This document shows, piece by piece, positions 1 through 9,307 of a DNA stretch of 32,000 bases (position 1 is its first letter; every line of letters starts with the position of its first letter). The translations under genes and the position numbers were made by a program. The DNA comes from an uncultured Alphaproteobacteria bacterium (lineage in GTDB: Bacteria > Pseudomonadota > Alphaproteobacteria > Rs-D84 > CACZYB01). The stretch covers positions 600,001 through 632,000 of the forward strand of contig CAKQHZ010000001.1 of NCBI GenBank assembly GCA_934246625.1, written 5' to 3'. The notes under the pieces were generated by a model that was not told where the DNA came from, did not search any database, and was given only the letters and a program-made list of their open reading frames with translations.

Positions 1-1
1 T

Positions 2-673
2 GATACAGTTTTATATTTTGAAGGCGAGCGTGGACATCACTTTAGGATTCTTCGTTCTGTTAAAAATCGATATGGTGCAACCGATGAAATTGGTGTGTTT
101 GAAATGACGGAAAAGGGACTTTGTGAAGTGGCGAATCCATCGGCTTTGTTTTTGGCGGAACGTAGGGGGAATATTTCTGGGTCTTCGGTTTTTGCAGGTA
201 TAGAAGGCACAAGACCTTTGCTTTTGGAAATACAGGCTTTGGTTTCAGCTTCAAATTATGGTAATGCAAAGCGTTCTGTAGTTGGATATGATTTGGCAAG
301 ACTTTCTATGATTACGGCTGTTTTAGATGCTCGATGTCATCAAGAATTTTATAATTATGATATATTTTTGAATATTGCTGGTGGGCTTAAAATTTCTGAA
401 CCTGCTGGCGATTTGGCTGTTGCTGCTGCATTGATGTCATCAAAAAATAATATTCCTGCTCCTGCTGATATGGCTATATTTGGTGAGATTGGGTTGTCTG
501 GTGAAATTCGTGCGGTGAATTTGATGGATTTGCGTGTTAAGGAGGCGGCAAAACTTGGGTTTAAAAAAGTTTTAATGCCAAAGTCGATTAAGAAAAAAAA
601 TCTTCCAGATTTGGGAATAAAAATTATTGAAATAGGTCATCTACAAGATTTGATAAATATGTTTATGAAATAA
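2..673 (+). CDS. radA: DNA repair protein RadA/Sms, C-terminal part (5' end lies outside the window)
   Basis: Frame 2 is open from the window edge (DTVLYFEGERGHHFRILRSVKNRYGATDEIGVFEM...) and continues into track ORF 95..673. It has the KNR(F/Y)G motif and a Lon-protease-like C-terminal domain (GEIGLSGEIR), both typical of RadA. Confidence 0.9.
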   Translation, partial: DTVLYFEGERGHHFRILRSVKNRYGATDEIGVFEMTEKGLCEVANPSALFLAERRGNISGSSVFAGIEGTRPLLLEIQALVSASNYGNAKRSVVGYDLARLSMITAVLDARCHQEFYNYDIFLNIAGGLKISEPAGDLAVAAALMSSKNNIPAPADMAIFGEIGLSGEIRAVNLMDLRVKEAAKLGFKKVLMPKSIKKKNLPDLGIKIIEIGHLQDLINMFMK

Positions 674-692
674 AAATTAGGAGAAATAGACT

Positions 693-1676
693 ATGAAATT
701 TTTTATGAAAAAGAAATATCCTTTTCGTGTAAGATTGGAGGCATCAACACTTTGCCAATTAAATTGTCGTGATTGTTTTATGCGAAAAAATAAATGTGGA
801 GCGGTTGGGTCTGGATTTTTAAAGTTGGTGGATTTTGTTGCTTTCCTTGATAAAAATCCATTTATCAAAGAGATTGAATTATCAAATAATGGTGAAATTT
901 TTCTTAATCCTCAGTTATTAGATATTCTTAGAGTTGCGTATGAGCGTGGAGTTGATATTTATGCTTCGAATGGTGTGAATTTTAATACAGTATCTGATGA
1001 AATGTTGGAGGCGTTGGTAAAGTATGGTGTTAAGAAAATTACTTTTTCTATTGATGGAGCTTCTCAAGAAATTTATTCAAAATACAGACGAAATGGTAAT
1101 TTTGATACGGTTATAAATAATATTAGAAAACTTAATGAATATAAGAAAAAGTATGATAGCTTTTTCCCATTGATGAAATGGCAATATGTTATTATGGATA
1201 CGAATGATAGCGAAAGTGAAATTTTAAAGGCGAAAAAGTTAGCGGAGGAATTAAACCTTAAAATGGTTTTTAAGAAAACTTGGAATCAAAATTATGTCCC
1301 AAAAAATCCAGAAATGTTGGAAAAATTGACTGGACTTTCTTTTTCAAATAAAGATGCTTTTTTTGAAGGTCGTAAGCGTTTTATTCCGTGTGCAGATTTA
1401 TGGAAAAATCCACAAATCAATTATGATGGAAGATTTTTAGGGTGTTGTTGTAATTATACTTTGCCATTTGATATAAATGTTTTTGATGTTGGACTTAAGA
1501 AATGTTTAGATTCAAAAGTTGTTCGCAAAAGTAAAGAAATGCTTAAGGGTGGAAAGCCATATAAGGACTCTCCTTGCTATAAATGTTATTTTTATTCAGA
1601 TTTGTTGAAAAGTAAAAATTTTATTAAGGAAGAAGAATTTGAAAATGATTATAGTAGTGATGCTATGATGTATTAG
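693..1676 (+). CDS. Radical SAM enzyme with Cys-rich SPASM/twitch-like C-terminal extension
   Basis: CQLNCRDCF (CxxxCxxC) cluster sits near the N-terminus. The C-terminal part has CADLW..PQINYDGRFLGCCC and CYKCY cysteine clusters. AGGAGA lies 8-9 nt upstream of the ATG at 693. Confidence 0.75.
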   Translation: MKFFMKKKYPFRVRLEASTLCQLNCRDCFMRKNKCGAVGSGFLKLVDFVAFLDKNPFIKEIELSNNGEIFLNPQLLDILRVAYERGVDIYASNGVNFNTVSDEMLEALVKYGVKKITFSIDGASQEIYSKYRRNGNFDTVINNIRKLNEYKKKYDSFFPLMKWQYVIMDTNDSESEILKAKKLAEELNLKMVFKKTWNQNYVPKNPEMLEKLTGLSFSNKDAFFEGRKRFIPCADLWKNPQINYDGRFLGCCCNYTLPFDINVFDVGLKKCLDSKVVRKSKEMLKGGKPYKDSPCYKCYFYSDLLKSKNFIKEEEFENDYSSDAMMY

Positions 1677-1733
1677 ATTGTCCTTGATAATTACTTGTTT
1701 TTATGCTATTTTATAAAGGTTAGGAGAGATAAA

Positions 1734-2441
1734 TTGTTCACATTTTTAGATTTTATTTTTTTGGTTGTGGTTGTTGCATCGGCTGTGTTTGCATACAATG
1801 GTGGACTTATTTCCGAGGCTTTTGGAATTGGTTCATGGATTGTGACTGCGATTTTAACAAAATATTTCTATCCTGTGGTGGAACCTCAATTTGCATCACT
1901 ATTCGGACAAAGTAATGTGTTTTCTTCTATGTCCGCATATATTTCAGTTTTTGTTGTGTTTATAATGTTTTTGTCCTTTATAAATAAAAGTATGGCAAAA
2001 AAACTTCATAATACAAATTTGGGTGGTATTGATAAATCATTGGGATTTTTCTTTGGACTTGTTCGTGGAATACTTATTATGGCGGTTGCATATATTGCAA
2101 TACTTTGGTTTATTCCTGAGAAAAAAGAGCGTCCAAAGTGGATTGTTAATGCAAGGTCAAAGCCTATATTAAAAGTATCTTCTATGTTTATTTCAGTGTT
2201 GCTTCCTGATGTTAATAATTTTAAGGAGATTAAGGAAGTTATCAAAAGTGATATGACAGGTAATGAAGTTGAAACCTTTGAAAAACTTAGCAAGCCAAGT
2301 GTTAAAAATGATGTGGATTCAAGTTCTGCGGAGGAGGGATATAAGGATTCCGAAATTCGTGATTTGGAAAGACAGTTGAAACAACTTGACCAGTTGGAAT
2401 TGGATTTTAATGATAAAATTCCGAATATAAATGAATTATAG
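1734..2441 (+). CDS. cvpA: CvpA-family (colicin V production) integral membrane protein
   Basis: Four hydrophobic segments and an FLDFIFL start are typical of CvpA. I prefer the TTG at 1734, preceded by TAGGAGAG (1721-1728), over the track start at 1695. The acidic, coiled C-terminal tail is atypical. Confidence 0.7.
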   Translation: MFTFLDFIFLVVVVASAVFAYNGGLISEAFGIGSWIVTAILTKYFYPVVEPQFASLFGQSNVFSSMSAYISVFVVFIMFLSFINKSMAKKLHNTNLGGIDKSLGFFFGLVRGILIMAVAYIAILWFIPEKKERPKWIVNARSKPILKVSSMFISVLLPDVNNFKEIKEVIKSDMTGNEVETFEKLSKPSVKNDVDSSSAEEGYKDSEIRDLERQLKQLDQLELDFNDKIPNINEL

Positions 2442-2444
2442 ATA

Positions 2445-2476
2445 AAAAATGACCCCTTTTGAAAGGGGCTTTTTTT
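2445..2476. terminator. Bidirectional intrinsic terminator between convergent cvpA and cmk
   Basis: aaaaaa-tga-CCCCTT-ttga-AAGGGG-c-ttttttt. The 6-bp GC-rich stem (2453-2458 / 2463-2468) is flanked by an A-run and a T-run. Confidence 0.6.
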
Positions 2477-3176
2477 ATATCTTTAAAACTTTATCGATTA
2501 TTTCTTTTGCGACTTCGAAAGTTTGTTCTTTGTTGTTTTTTGATGTGTCAATGACTATTGCATCATCAGCTTGTTTCATTGGACTTGTCGCACGGGTTCT
2601 GTCTGCTTCATCACGTGCGATGATTGATGCAAGAACTTCTTGATAACTGGCACTTTCGCCTTGGTCCAAATATTCTTTTAGACGACGGCTTGCACGAGTT
2701 TCAGGGCTTGCTGTGATAAAGAATTTCACAGGTGCGTTTGGACATATTACTGTGCCAATATCACGACCTTCTATAATTGCACCTTTTGCAGGAGTGCCAT
2801 CTTCAAGTGGTGGAGGATTGATTGCAAAATCGGTTTGATATTGTCGCATTATTTGGCGAAGTTCAGGGATTTTTGCAACAGAAGCAACATATTTGTTTGT
2901 AAGTTGAGAACGAATTGCTGGATCCTTTGCATAAATTAAAATTTCGTGAGTGTTTGATAGTCTTTGAGCAGTATCAGTTGCAAACTTTTCATCAAGGTTT
3001 TCCATATCAGTCTTCATTTTAATAAGGCAAAGTGTAATTGCACGATAAAGGCTTCCTGTGTCAAGTCCAGCAAATCCATAATGGGCACATAGCTTTTTTG
3101 TTAAGGTTCCCTTTCCCGCACCAGCAGGGCCATCAATTGCAATTATATTTTTATTTTCGTTTTGTGTATTAGGCAT
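2475..3176 (-). CDS. cmk: Cytidylate kinase
   Basis: IIAIDGPAGAGKGTL P-loop. The overall layout (LDTGSLYR, EGRDIGT, RRLKE) is that of Cmk. Confidence 0.9.
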   Translation of the reverse strand: MPNTQNENKNIIAIDGPAGAGKGTLTKKLCAHYGFAGLDTGSLYRAITLCLIKMKTDMENLDEKFATDTAQRLSNTHEILIYAKDPAIRSQLTNKYVASVAKIPELRQIMRQYQTDFAINPPPLEDGTPAKGAIIEGRDIGTVICPNAPVKFFITASPETRASRRLKEYLDQGESASYQEVLASIIARDEADRTRATSPMKQADDAIVIDTSKNNKEQTFEVAKEIIDKVLKI

Positions 3177-3196
3177 AATTTCTCCTTTATTTTTTC

Positions 3197-3222
3197 AAAA
3201 AAACACCTACAAAATGTAGGTG
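3197..3222 (-). terminator. Intrinsic terminator downstream of clpX (minus strand)
   Basis: Hairpin CACCTAC-aaaat-GTAGGTG (3204-3222). On the minus strand it is followed by a 7-T run (complement of 3197-3203). Confidence 0.5.
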
Positions 3223-3228
3223 AGTTGT

Positions 3229-4479
3229 TTATACTGCTTTTTTATCTTTCTTTTTGTCTTGATAAATTATCAATGGTTCCAAATTCTTTTCAACAATTTC
3301 TTTGTTAACGACAACCTTTTCAATATTTTTTGTGCTTGGAAGTTTGAACATTGTCTCAAGTAATAAATTTTCGATTATCGAACGAAGTCCACGAGCACCT
3401 GTTTTTCGTTTGATAGCTTGGTCTGCGATTGCTTCTAAGCTATCAGTTGTAAATTCAAGTTCAACATTTTCCATTGCAAATAAAGTTTTGTATTGTTTTA
3501 CAAGAGCATTTTTTGGTTCGGTTAAAATTGAACATAGGGCTTCTTTGTTAAGTTCATCAAGTGTTACAATAATTGGCATACGACCCATCATTTCAGGAAT
3601 AATACCGAATTTTATAATGTCTTCTGGTTCAATCATTGAAAAAAGTTCGGTTAAATTCTTTTCCTTTTTGGATTGAATGTTTGCACCGAAACCAATAGAT
3701 GTTTTTGTTGTTCGTTTTTCAATAATTTTTTCAATACCGTCAAATGCTCCACCGCAAATAAATAGCACGTTTGAAGTATCAAATTGAATAAATTCTTGTT
3801 GAGGATGTTTTCTTCCACCTTGAGGAGGAACGGAAATAACTGAACCTTCAATCAATTTTAAAAGTGCCTGTTGCACACCTTCACCACTTACATCACGAGT
3901 AAGAGATGGGTTATCAGATTTACGTGAAATTTTATCGATTTCATCAATATAAACGATACCCTTTTGAGCCTTTTCCAAATCATAATTTGTTGCCTGAAGA
4001 AGACGAACAAGTATGTTTTCAACATCTTCACCAACATAACCTGCTTCGGTTAATGTGGTCGCATCGGCAATGGTAAATGGAACGTCAAGAACCTTTGCAA
4101 GAGTGCTTGCAAGTAAAGTTTTACCACTTCCAGTTGGGCCAATCAAAAGTATGTTTGATTTTTGAATTTCAACATCATTTTTGATTGCAGAATTGTATAA
4201 TCTTTTGTAATGGTTATAAACGGCAACAGATAAAACCTTTTTTGCCCTTTGTTGCCCAATGACATAATCGTCAAGATGTTCAAGCATTTCTTGAGGTGTA
4301 GGAGTATCCTTTGCCCCTTCGGCAAGTGATTTTTTGTTTTCTTCCTTTATAATATTAGAGCAAAGATTTATACATGCATCGCATATAAAAACATTTGGAC
4401 CAGCAATAAGTTTTCCTGCTTCGTGTTGGCTTTTACCACAAAATGAGCAATATTTGATGTTTTTTGTATCTTCTGACAT
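3229..4479 (-). CDS. clpX: ATP-dependent Clp protease ATP-binding subunit ClpX
   Basis: N-terminal zinc finger CSFCGK...CDACI, Walker A GPTGSGKT, Walker B YIDEIDK, GYVG pore loop and sensor region are all present. Confidence 0.95.
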   Translation of the reverse strand: MSEDTKNIKYCSFCGKSQHEAGKLIAGPNVFICDACINLCSNIIKEENKKSLAEGAKDTPTPQEMLEHLDDYVIGQQRAKKVLSVAVYNHYKRLYNSAIKNDVEIQKSNILLIGPTGSGKTLLASTLAKVLDVPFTIADATTLTEAGYVGEDVENILVRLLQATNYDLEKAQKGIVYIDEIDKISRKSDNPSLTRDVSGEGVQQALLKLIEGSVISVPPQGGRKHPQQEFIQFDTSNVLFICGGAFDGIEKIIEKRTTKTSIGFGANIQSKKEKNLTELFSMIEPEDIIKFGIIPEMMGRMPIIVTLDELNKEALCSILTEPKNALVKQYKTLFAMENVELEFTTDSLEAIADQAIKRKTGARGLRSIIENLLLETMFKLPSTKNIEKVVVNKEIVEKNLEPLIIYQDKKKDKKAV

Positions 4480-4539
4480 AACCTATAACCTTTATTTTTA
4501 TTCCTGCATTATATAGTGTTTGTATTTATTTTTCAAATG

Positions 4540-6243
4540 TTATTTAAAATTCTTTATAATTGTGAGGATTTCCTTAATGTCGCTTAAATTATTTACATTA
4601 TTTTCATCAATTAAATTAATAGCGTTAGATTTGAAAAGGGCTTTGATCGTGTTGATATTGTCCCAATTTGTTGGCTTTGTATAACCTGTGATTGAATAAG
4701 TTATATTTTCTTCATCTATTTCAGATTTAAAGCCATCTTCACAAATGTAATTTGTTTTGTTTAGTTTATCAATTATGATTTTTATATTTTCGATTGCAGT
4801 TTTGATTTCATCTTTTGAACTTTCTTCTGTAAAAGAATAAGTCGGAATTTCAACATCAGATTTAAGTGCAGTTTTTAGGGTTGTTAAATCTTCGCTGATA
4901 CTTTTATAGCTGTTCATAAAGACGCTTTGGATATGTTTATGTTTTTCAATGTTACTTAACGCAGTTTCAATTTTTGTTAAGATAGTATTTTTTTGATTTT
5001 TAAATTCAGTTTCAGTATATGATGAACAACTGTTAATAATAGTATTGATAGTTTTATTTTGTGATGTGTATAGTATGTCATTTTTACCCTTATCAAGAGC
5101 CTTTTGCACAGAAATAATTATACCATCGTTTTTCTTTTGTTGTGCCCAATCTTCACCCATAAATACACTTGCTTGATTAAGAGAGTAGTCATATAATCCC
5201 TTTAATAAACCCTTTTTAGCAACTTCACGTTCAAGGTTAGATTGTTTATCAACAAGGGCGAAAGTTGTATCTTGCATATCGGTTTTGAAACTTGACCCAC
5301 AAGATGTTTCCCCATCTGTGATAAAAGTATTCACAAGAACGGTTAGTTCGCGAGGATAGCTTGAGCTTTTTAAATCCCATGTGCCATCAAGGAAATTTCC
5401 AACCTTTCCGATAATGTTCCAATTTGCAACACCAACATTTGCAAATTGTGTAGCAACGCTTGAAGATAATTTTTTGTTTGAACCGATACCCTTTATATCA
5501 GATATTGCATTTGAGGCATTGTTGAAAAATAAATCCTCGTCAGAGCTGGTCCATTCGTCAATGCTTATTTTATTGTAGTTGGCGATTATTGCGTCCTTTC
5601 CACAACGTTCTTCAATTCCCTTATCAATTTCGGTTTGCTTTGATGTGCTTATTAAATTATTAAGGCCAGAGTTGTTCTTTTCTGATAAAACATAGTTAAA
5701 ACAATCTTGGGCAGAGTTGAATTTTGCCTTTGCAAAGTTGCAAGTTTTTCGTTCTCTTACTGCCTGTGCAGAATAAAGTGGCCAAAGACCAGAAACCAAT
5801 TCGTCGGCAAAGTTGGAACAAAATTTATCAAGATTGTCAGCAGTGCAAGATGTTCCATTTACATCAACTGATATATTCTTTAAAAGAGGTATGCCAAAAT
5901 TCATACTCATTGCAACCTTTAATGCACTTGTGCAAGTGGTTGCAGTGCAGTATTTTCCTAGGGCTTCGGAGTATGCGTTTGCACATAGTCGTTTTGCAAT
6001 TATATTATCTGATGATGCAGGTGTGCCACAAGCAATGGTTGAGCTTGTAGTATTTGTTGTTGAAACATTTGATGATATGTTTGTTTGGGTAAAAGTTTTT
6101 GTCTTGTTATTATATGTGCCAGATATGGTTGTTTTTTTTGTGCTTGATGCACGACGAGAACCACGTTTTGGTGCAGATAAAACTTCTGTATTATTAAATA
6201 TACAGGTTAATACAAGTAGTGATGTTATAAAACTTTTCCTCAT
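4540..6243 (-). CDS. Secreted Cys-containing protein, paralog family member A (uncharacterised)
   Basis: Signal peptide MRKSFITSLLVLTCIFNNTEVLSA, then a basic stretch (PKRGSRRASS) and a T/S/N-rich linker. A conserved module follows: CSNFADELVSGLW ... YPRELTVLVN ... FALVDKQSNLEREVAKKGLLKG ... NQASVFMGE. This module is shared with ORFs 9308..10564 and 10583..12055. Confidence 0.7.
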   Translation of the reverse strand: MRKSFITSLLVLTCIFNNTEVLSAPKRGSRRASSTKKTTISGTYNNKTKTFTQTNISSNVSTTNTTSSTIACGTPASSDNIIAKRLCANAYSEALGKYCTATTCTSALKVAMSMNFGIPLLKNISVDVNGTSCTADNLDKFCSNFADELVSGLWPLYSAQAVRERKTCNFAKAKFNSAQDCFNYVLSEKNNSGLNNLISTSKQTEIDKGIEERCGKDAIIANYNKISIDEWTSSDEDLFFNNASNAISDIKGIGSNKKLSSSVATQFANVGVANWNIIGKVGNFLDGTWDLKSSSYPRELTVLVNTFITDGETSCGSSFKTDMQDTTFALVDKQSNLEREVAKKGLLKGLYDYSLNQASVFMGEDWAQQKKNDGIIISVQKALDKGKNDILYTSQNKTINTIINSCSSYTETEFKNQKNTILTKIETALSNIEKHKHIQSVFMNSYKSISEDLTTLKTALKSDVEIPTYSFTEESSKDEIKTAIENIKIIIDKLNKTNYICEDGFKSEIDEENITYSITGYTKPTNWDNINTIKALFKSNAINLIDENNVNNLSDIKEILTIIKNFK

Positions 6244-6286
6244 ACTTGGAATTATAACATAAAATAAATTGTATGAAAAGGCTTTT

Positions 6287-6889
6287 TTAAAAATTGTTGA
6301 TTTCTTTTAATGCGAGTTTTATAAGGTCGTTCATTTCAATGTTTGGAGTTTTGTTTATGATTTTCATAACTGTTTCAAAACTTTGAGAACGAGTATAGCC
6401 AAGGTTTGATAATGCAGAAATTGCATCTTCGGCAATAGTGTTTGGCTTTATTGTTTTGGTAATTGTTGAAAGTTCAATGTTGATATTTGTTTTTGCAACT
6501 TTGTCCTTTAGTTCGGTAATAATTCGTTCAGCAGTTTTTTTACCTATGCCATTTGCAGTTGTGAAAATTTTTGCATCACCTGAAAGGATTGCTGTTGATA
6601 TTTCGTTTGGGGTTAATGCAGAAAGAATTGCAAGTCCAGCCTTTGGACCAATTCCCTGAACTGTTGTTAAAAGGTTGAAAAATTCGTGTTCGGAAGATGT
6701 TGAAAAACCGTAAAGTGAGATAGAATCTTCGCGAACAATTGTTTCAATAAAAAATGTTGCAGGAGAACCAATAGAAAGAGATGATAAAGTTTTTTGTGGG
6801 GCGAAAACAAGATAGCCTACACCATTGACATCTAATATTAAATTGGTGTCTGAAATTGTATCAATAATTCCTTTTAATTTTCCAATCAT
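6287..6889 (-). CDS. ruvA: Holliday junction branch migration complex subunit RuvA
   Basis: MIGKLKG..D....L.LDVNGVGY start, helix-hairpin-helix GIGPK and GIGKKTAERI motifs, about 200 aa. Confidence 0.9.
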   Translation of the reverse strand: MIGKLKGIIDTISDTNLILDVNGVGYLVFAPQKTLSSLSIGSPATFFIETIVREDSISLYGFSTSSEHEFFNLLTTVQGIGPKAGLAILSALTPNEISTAILSGDAKIFTTANGIGKKTAERIITELKDKVAKTNINIELSTITKTIKPNTIAEDAISALSNLGYTRSQSFETVMKIINKTPNIEMNDLIKLALKEINNF

Positions 6890-6902
6890 ATTTTTGCCTT
6901 AG

Positions 6903-9176
6903 TTATTTTTTATTGCCTTTATTGCCATAGGCATGACCTTCTTTTGCTGTTTTTAAAACGTTTAGCATATCTAAGTAATCGAATTTTACTTTTCCATCAT
7001 GACAATTGTTTTCTTTTTTAATTTTTTCAAGAACTTCTGTATCTGAAATGTCATTTCTTATTTCTGAAGTTTCATCAACAAGTCTTTCCAAAGAATTAAG
7101 ATTTCCATAATCCTCATAATAAATATTTGCTGCTGTTTTATAGCTTTTATTGTAGCGTTTATCTTGGTTTTGTTGAATGTAGCAGTTGTAAAAAATACCA
7201 TCATAACTTTTTCCTTCACAAGTTTTGTTAAAACGTTTGAAGATAGGACAAAGTTTTGATAAGTTTGTGATAAGTTTTTCAACTTGTTGAGTTTTCTTTT
7301 CTTCTGCTTGAAGACGTTCGCATTCCTTTTTGGCTCCTGCAATAGTAGTTATTGAAGCAGGAAGTGTAAAGTTTTCTATGCCTTCACATTTGTATGATTG
7401 AAGTTCACAATAACTTCTAATTGATTGAATAGAATTGTATTTTCTTTCTTTTATTCTTCCAATAACAACATCTTTTTTATTTCCACAGTTATTAAGAATT
7501 TTTTCTAATTCTTGTAAATTCTTTAAATTATTTTCACATATTTCTTGTTTTTGTTGTGCTTCGGTAATAGTCATAACTTTAGGGTTAGAGCAAGTTTTAC
7601 ATACATTTTCGCTAAAGTTATTTAATTCAGCTTGTGTGATTGGGAATAAGAATTTTGTTGTTGCACAATTGAAAGTTGCTCCTCTGTTTATTTCAAATAC
7701 AGGAGAAGATGGTGATGCACAATTCCAGCTTTGAGAACTTTGTTTTAAATATATGTATCCAGGTGGAATGCCATCATTTAATTCATTTGTTAAATCTATA
7801 CGTTTTGTAACGCCACCAATATTGTTTGTGCATTCTTTTAATTTATTTAAAATTTTTGTTTTTTCTTCTATATCCTTTTTAACAGCATCAAATTTAGGCA
7901 TATTGTTTTTTGCCTTTGCAATTTCGGATTTAAGATTGTTGATTGTATTTACATCTTTATTGTCTTCTATGTAATTATGAAGTTCAAATACAATATCAGG
8001 TTGTATTGTTAAAGCCTTTAAATCTTTGTTTAGATTTTCGGTGCTTGTTTTATCATTACCATTTGTAATTTGTGGTTTTGAAGTTTTTGTAATTTCAGCA
8101 ATTTTGTCAGCTTCTTGTTGTTTTAAAGTTTTTAATTCAGCAATAGCATCTTCAATGGATTTATTGACTATATCATTGTATTTCTTTTTTAATTCTTCTT
8201 CTATTGTATTAAGCTCTTCAACAGAAGTTGCAGATTTAATTGATTGATTATTTGCAGTTTGGAATTTATAGCCATCTTTGAAAACTGGTTCATCTTTGAA
8301 ATCATTATTGTATTGTTTTCTTAGGGCTTCAACTTCGGCTCTTCGTTTTTCAAGCTCGTTTGATTTCTTTTGATTTTTTAGTTTTGTAATATTTTCTTCG
8401 GTTATTGTTTCTTCAATATTTTTAGATTTGTTTAATAAATTATCAACTTCTGTTGAAGTTTTATCCTTGTAATCTTTTGTTAATTTTTCAATGTATTTAT
8501 TTACTGCGGTTTCAATATTTCCATTTGATTTTGATACAGCATTTGTAATTTCAGTAGTTGTATGATTTTTCAAATCACGAGGTAAATTATTTGAAAGTTC
8601 AGCACGTAAAGATTGTTCTTCTTTTAATAAAGTTTTTAGTTTGTTAGCAAAATCGTTTAATATTTGTTGTTTTTTTGCTTCGTCGGCTTTCTTTTCGGCT
8701 TCTTTCTTTAAGCGTTCGTTTTCTTCGTTTGCGGAGATTGTTTTTTCAATTTGAGATTTCATTTTTGTTGTAATAGTGATTGTATCAAGAGCATTGTAAA
8801 AGTTTTGTATTGTTTCAAATTGATTAAGTGTTTCACCAGAAAGACCTGTAAATTCAATAATTGGTTTTATTTTATTGTGAATTTCACCATTGTTTTCACA
8901 TACACAAGAATAGATTGTTCCAATAGTTTGTTTTCCATTTGTTGGAGTAGGGCAATCGTTTATTTTTTCAGCCATTTCTATAGATGAATTTTTGTTTAAA
9001 TCAGAGCATATATTTTCGTAAATATCTGATTTAAAATCCTTTGATATAGTTGAAAGAATTTTGCTTGTTTCTGGTGCAATTTCAATAATATAATTCTTTT
9101 TTTGTGTAGAGGAATTTTGTGCAAAAATTGGATTTGCAGAAATTATAAATGATAAAGTTAAAATAAATTTCCTCAT
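6903..9176 (-). CDS. Large secreted protein: Cys-rich ends, long K/E-rich coiled-coil centre (uncharacterised)
   Basis: I prefer the ATG at 9176 (MRKFILTLSFIISANPIFAQ, signal-peptide-like) over the track TTG at 9212. The central roughly 350 aa is heptad-like and K/E/N-rich. The C-terminal third has many Cys pairs. I saw no family motif shared with the three paralogs. Confidence 0.65.
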   Translation of the reverse strand: MRKFILTLSFIISANPIFAQNSSTQKKNYIIEIAPETSKILSTISKDFKSDIYENICSDLNKNSSIEMAEKINDCPTPTNGKQTIGTIYSCVCENNGEIHNKIKPIIEFTGLSGETLNQFETIQNFYNALDTITITTKMKSQIEKTISANEENERLKKEAEKKADEAKKQQILNDFANKLKTLLKEEQSLRAELSNNLPRDLKNHTTTEITNAVSKSNGNIETAVNKYIEKLTKDYKDKTSTEVDNLLNKSKNIEETITEENITKLKNQKKSNELEKRRAEVEALRKQYNNDFKDEPVFKDGYKFQTANNQSIKSATSVEELNTIEEELKKKYNDIVNKSIEDAIAELKTLKQQEADKIAEITKTSKPQITNGNDKTSTENLNKDLKALTIQPDIVFELHNYIEDNKDVNTINNLKSEIAKAKNNMPKFDAVKKDIEEKTKILNKLKECTNNIGGVTKRIDLTNELNDGIPPGYIYLKQSSQSWNCASPSSPVFEINRGATFNCATTKFLFPITQAELNNFSENVCKTCSNPKVMTITEAQQKQEICENNLKNLQELEKILNNCGNKKDVVIGRIKERKYNSIQSIRSYCELQSYKCEGIENFTLPASITTIAGAKKECERLQAEEKKTQQVEKLITNLSKLCPIFKRFNKTCEGKSYDGIFYNCYIQQNQDKRYNKSYKTAANIYYEDYGNLNSLERLVDETSEIRNDISDTEVLEKIKKENNCHDGKVKFDYLDMLNVLKTAKEGHAYGNKGNKK

Positions 9177-9227
9177 AGATTGAATTATAACATATTTGTA
9201 AGGGTGGGTCAAGATAGTTTTGATATA

Positions 9228-9251
9228 TAAAAAAACTCCCCGAAGGGAGTT
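9228..9251 (-). terminator. Intrinsic terminator for the 9308..10564 gene (minus strand)
   Basis: AACTCCC-cgaa-GGGAGTT hairpin (9234-9251). On the minus strand a T-run follows (complement of the A-run 9228-9233). Confidence 0.55.
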
Positions 9252-9307
9252 TGTTATTTTATGAACTTGGAGTTTCTTCTGTAGTTCCAGTTTCAGAAGA
9301 AGGATTT

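Noticed and set aside
2449-2643. 64-aa plus-strand ORF after cvpA
   Set aside because: It starts inside the bidirectional terminator and runs antisense to the well-supported cmk gene.
5813-6262. 149-aa and 108-aa plus-strand ORFs (5724..6050, 5813..6262) inside the secreted-protein gene
   Set aside because: These are shadow ORFs antisense to a 567-aa gene that has a clear signal peptide and paralogs. They have no RBS or motif. The same reasoning applies to 3302..3676, 6438..6659, 7435..8247, 8751..8987, 11106..11501 and 11838..12116.
9177-9212. Longer N-terminal extensions given by the ORF track (9212 TTG, 12112, 1695, 17176, 24729, 19385)
   Set aside because: In each case an internal ATG or TTG with a better-placed Shine-Dalgarno sequence gives a canonical signal peptide or family-typical N-terminus. 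The extensions are probably not translated, but this is unproven.
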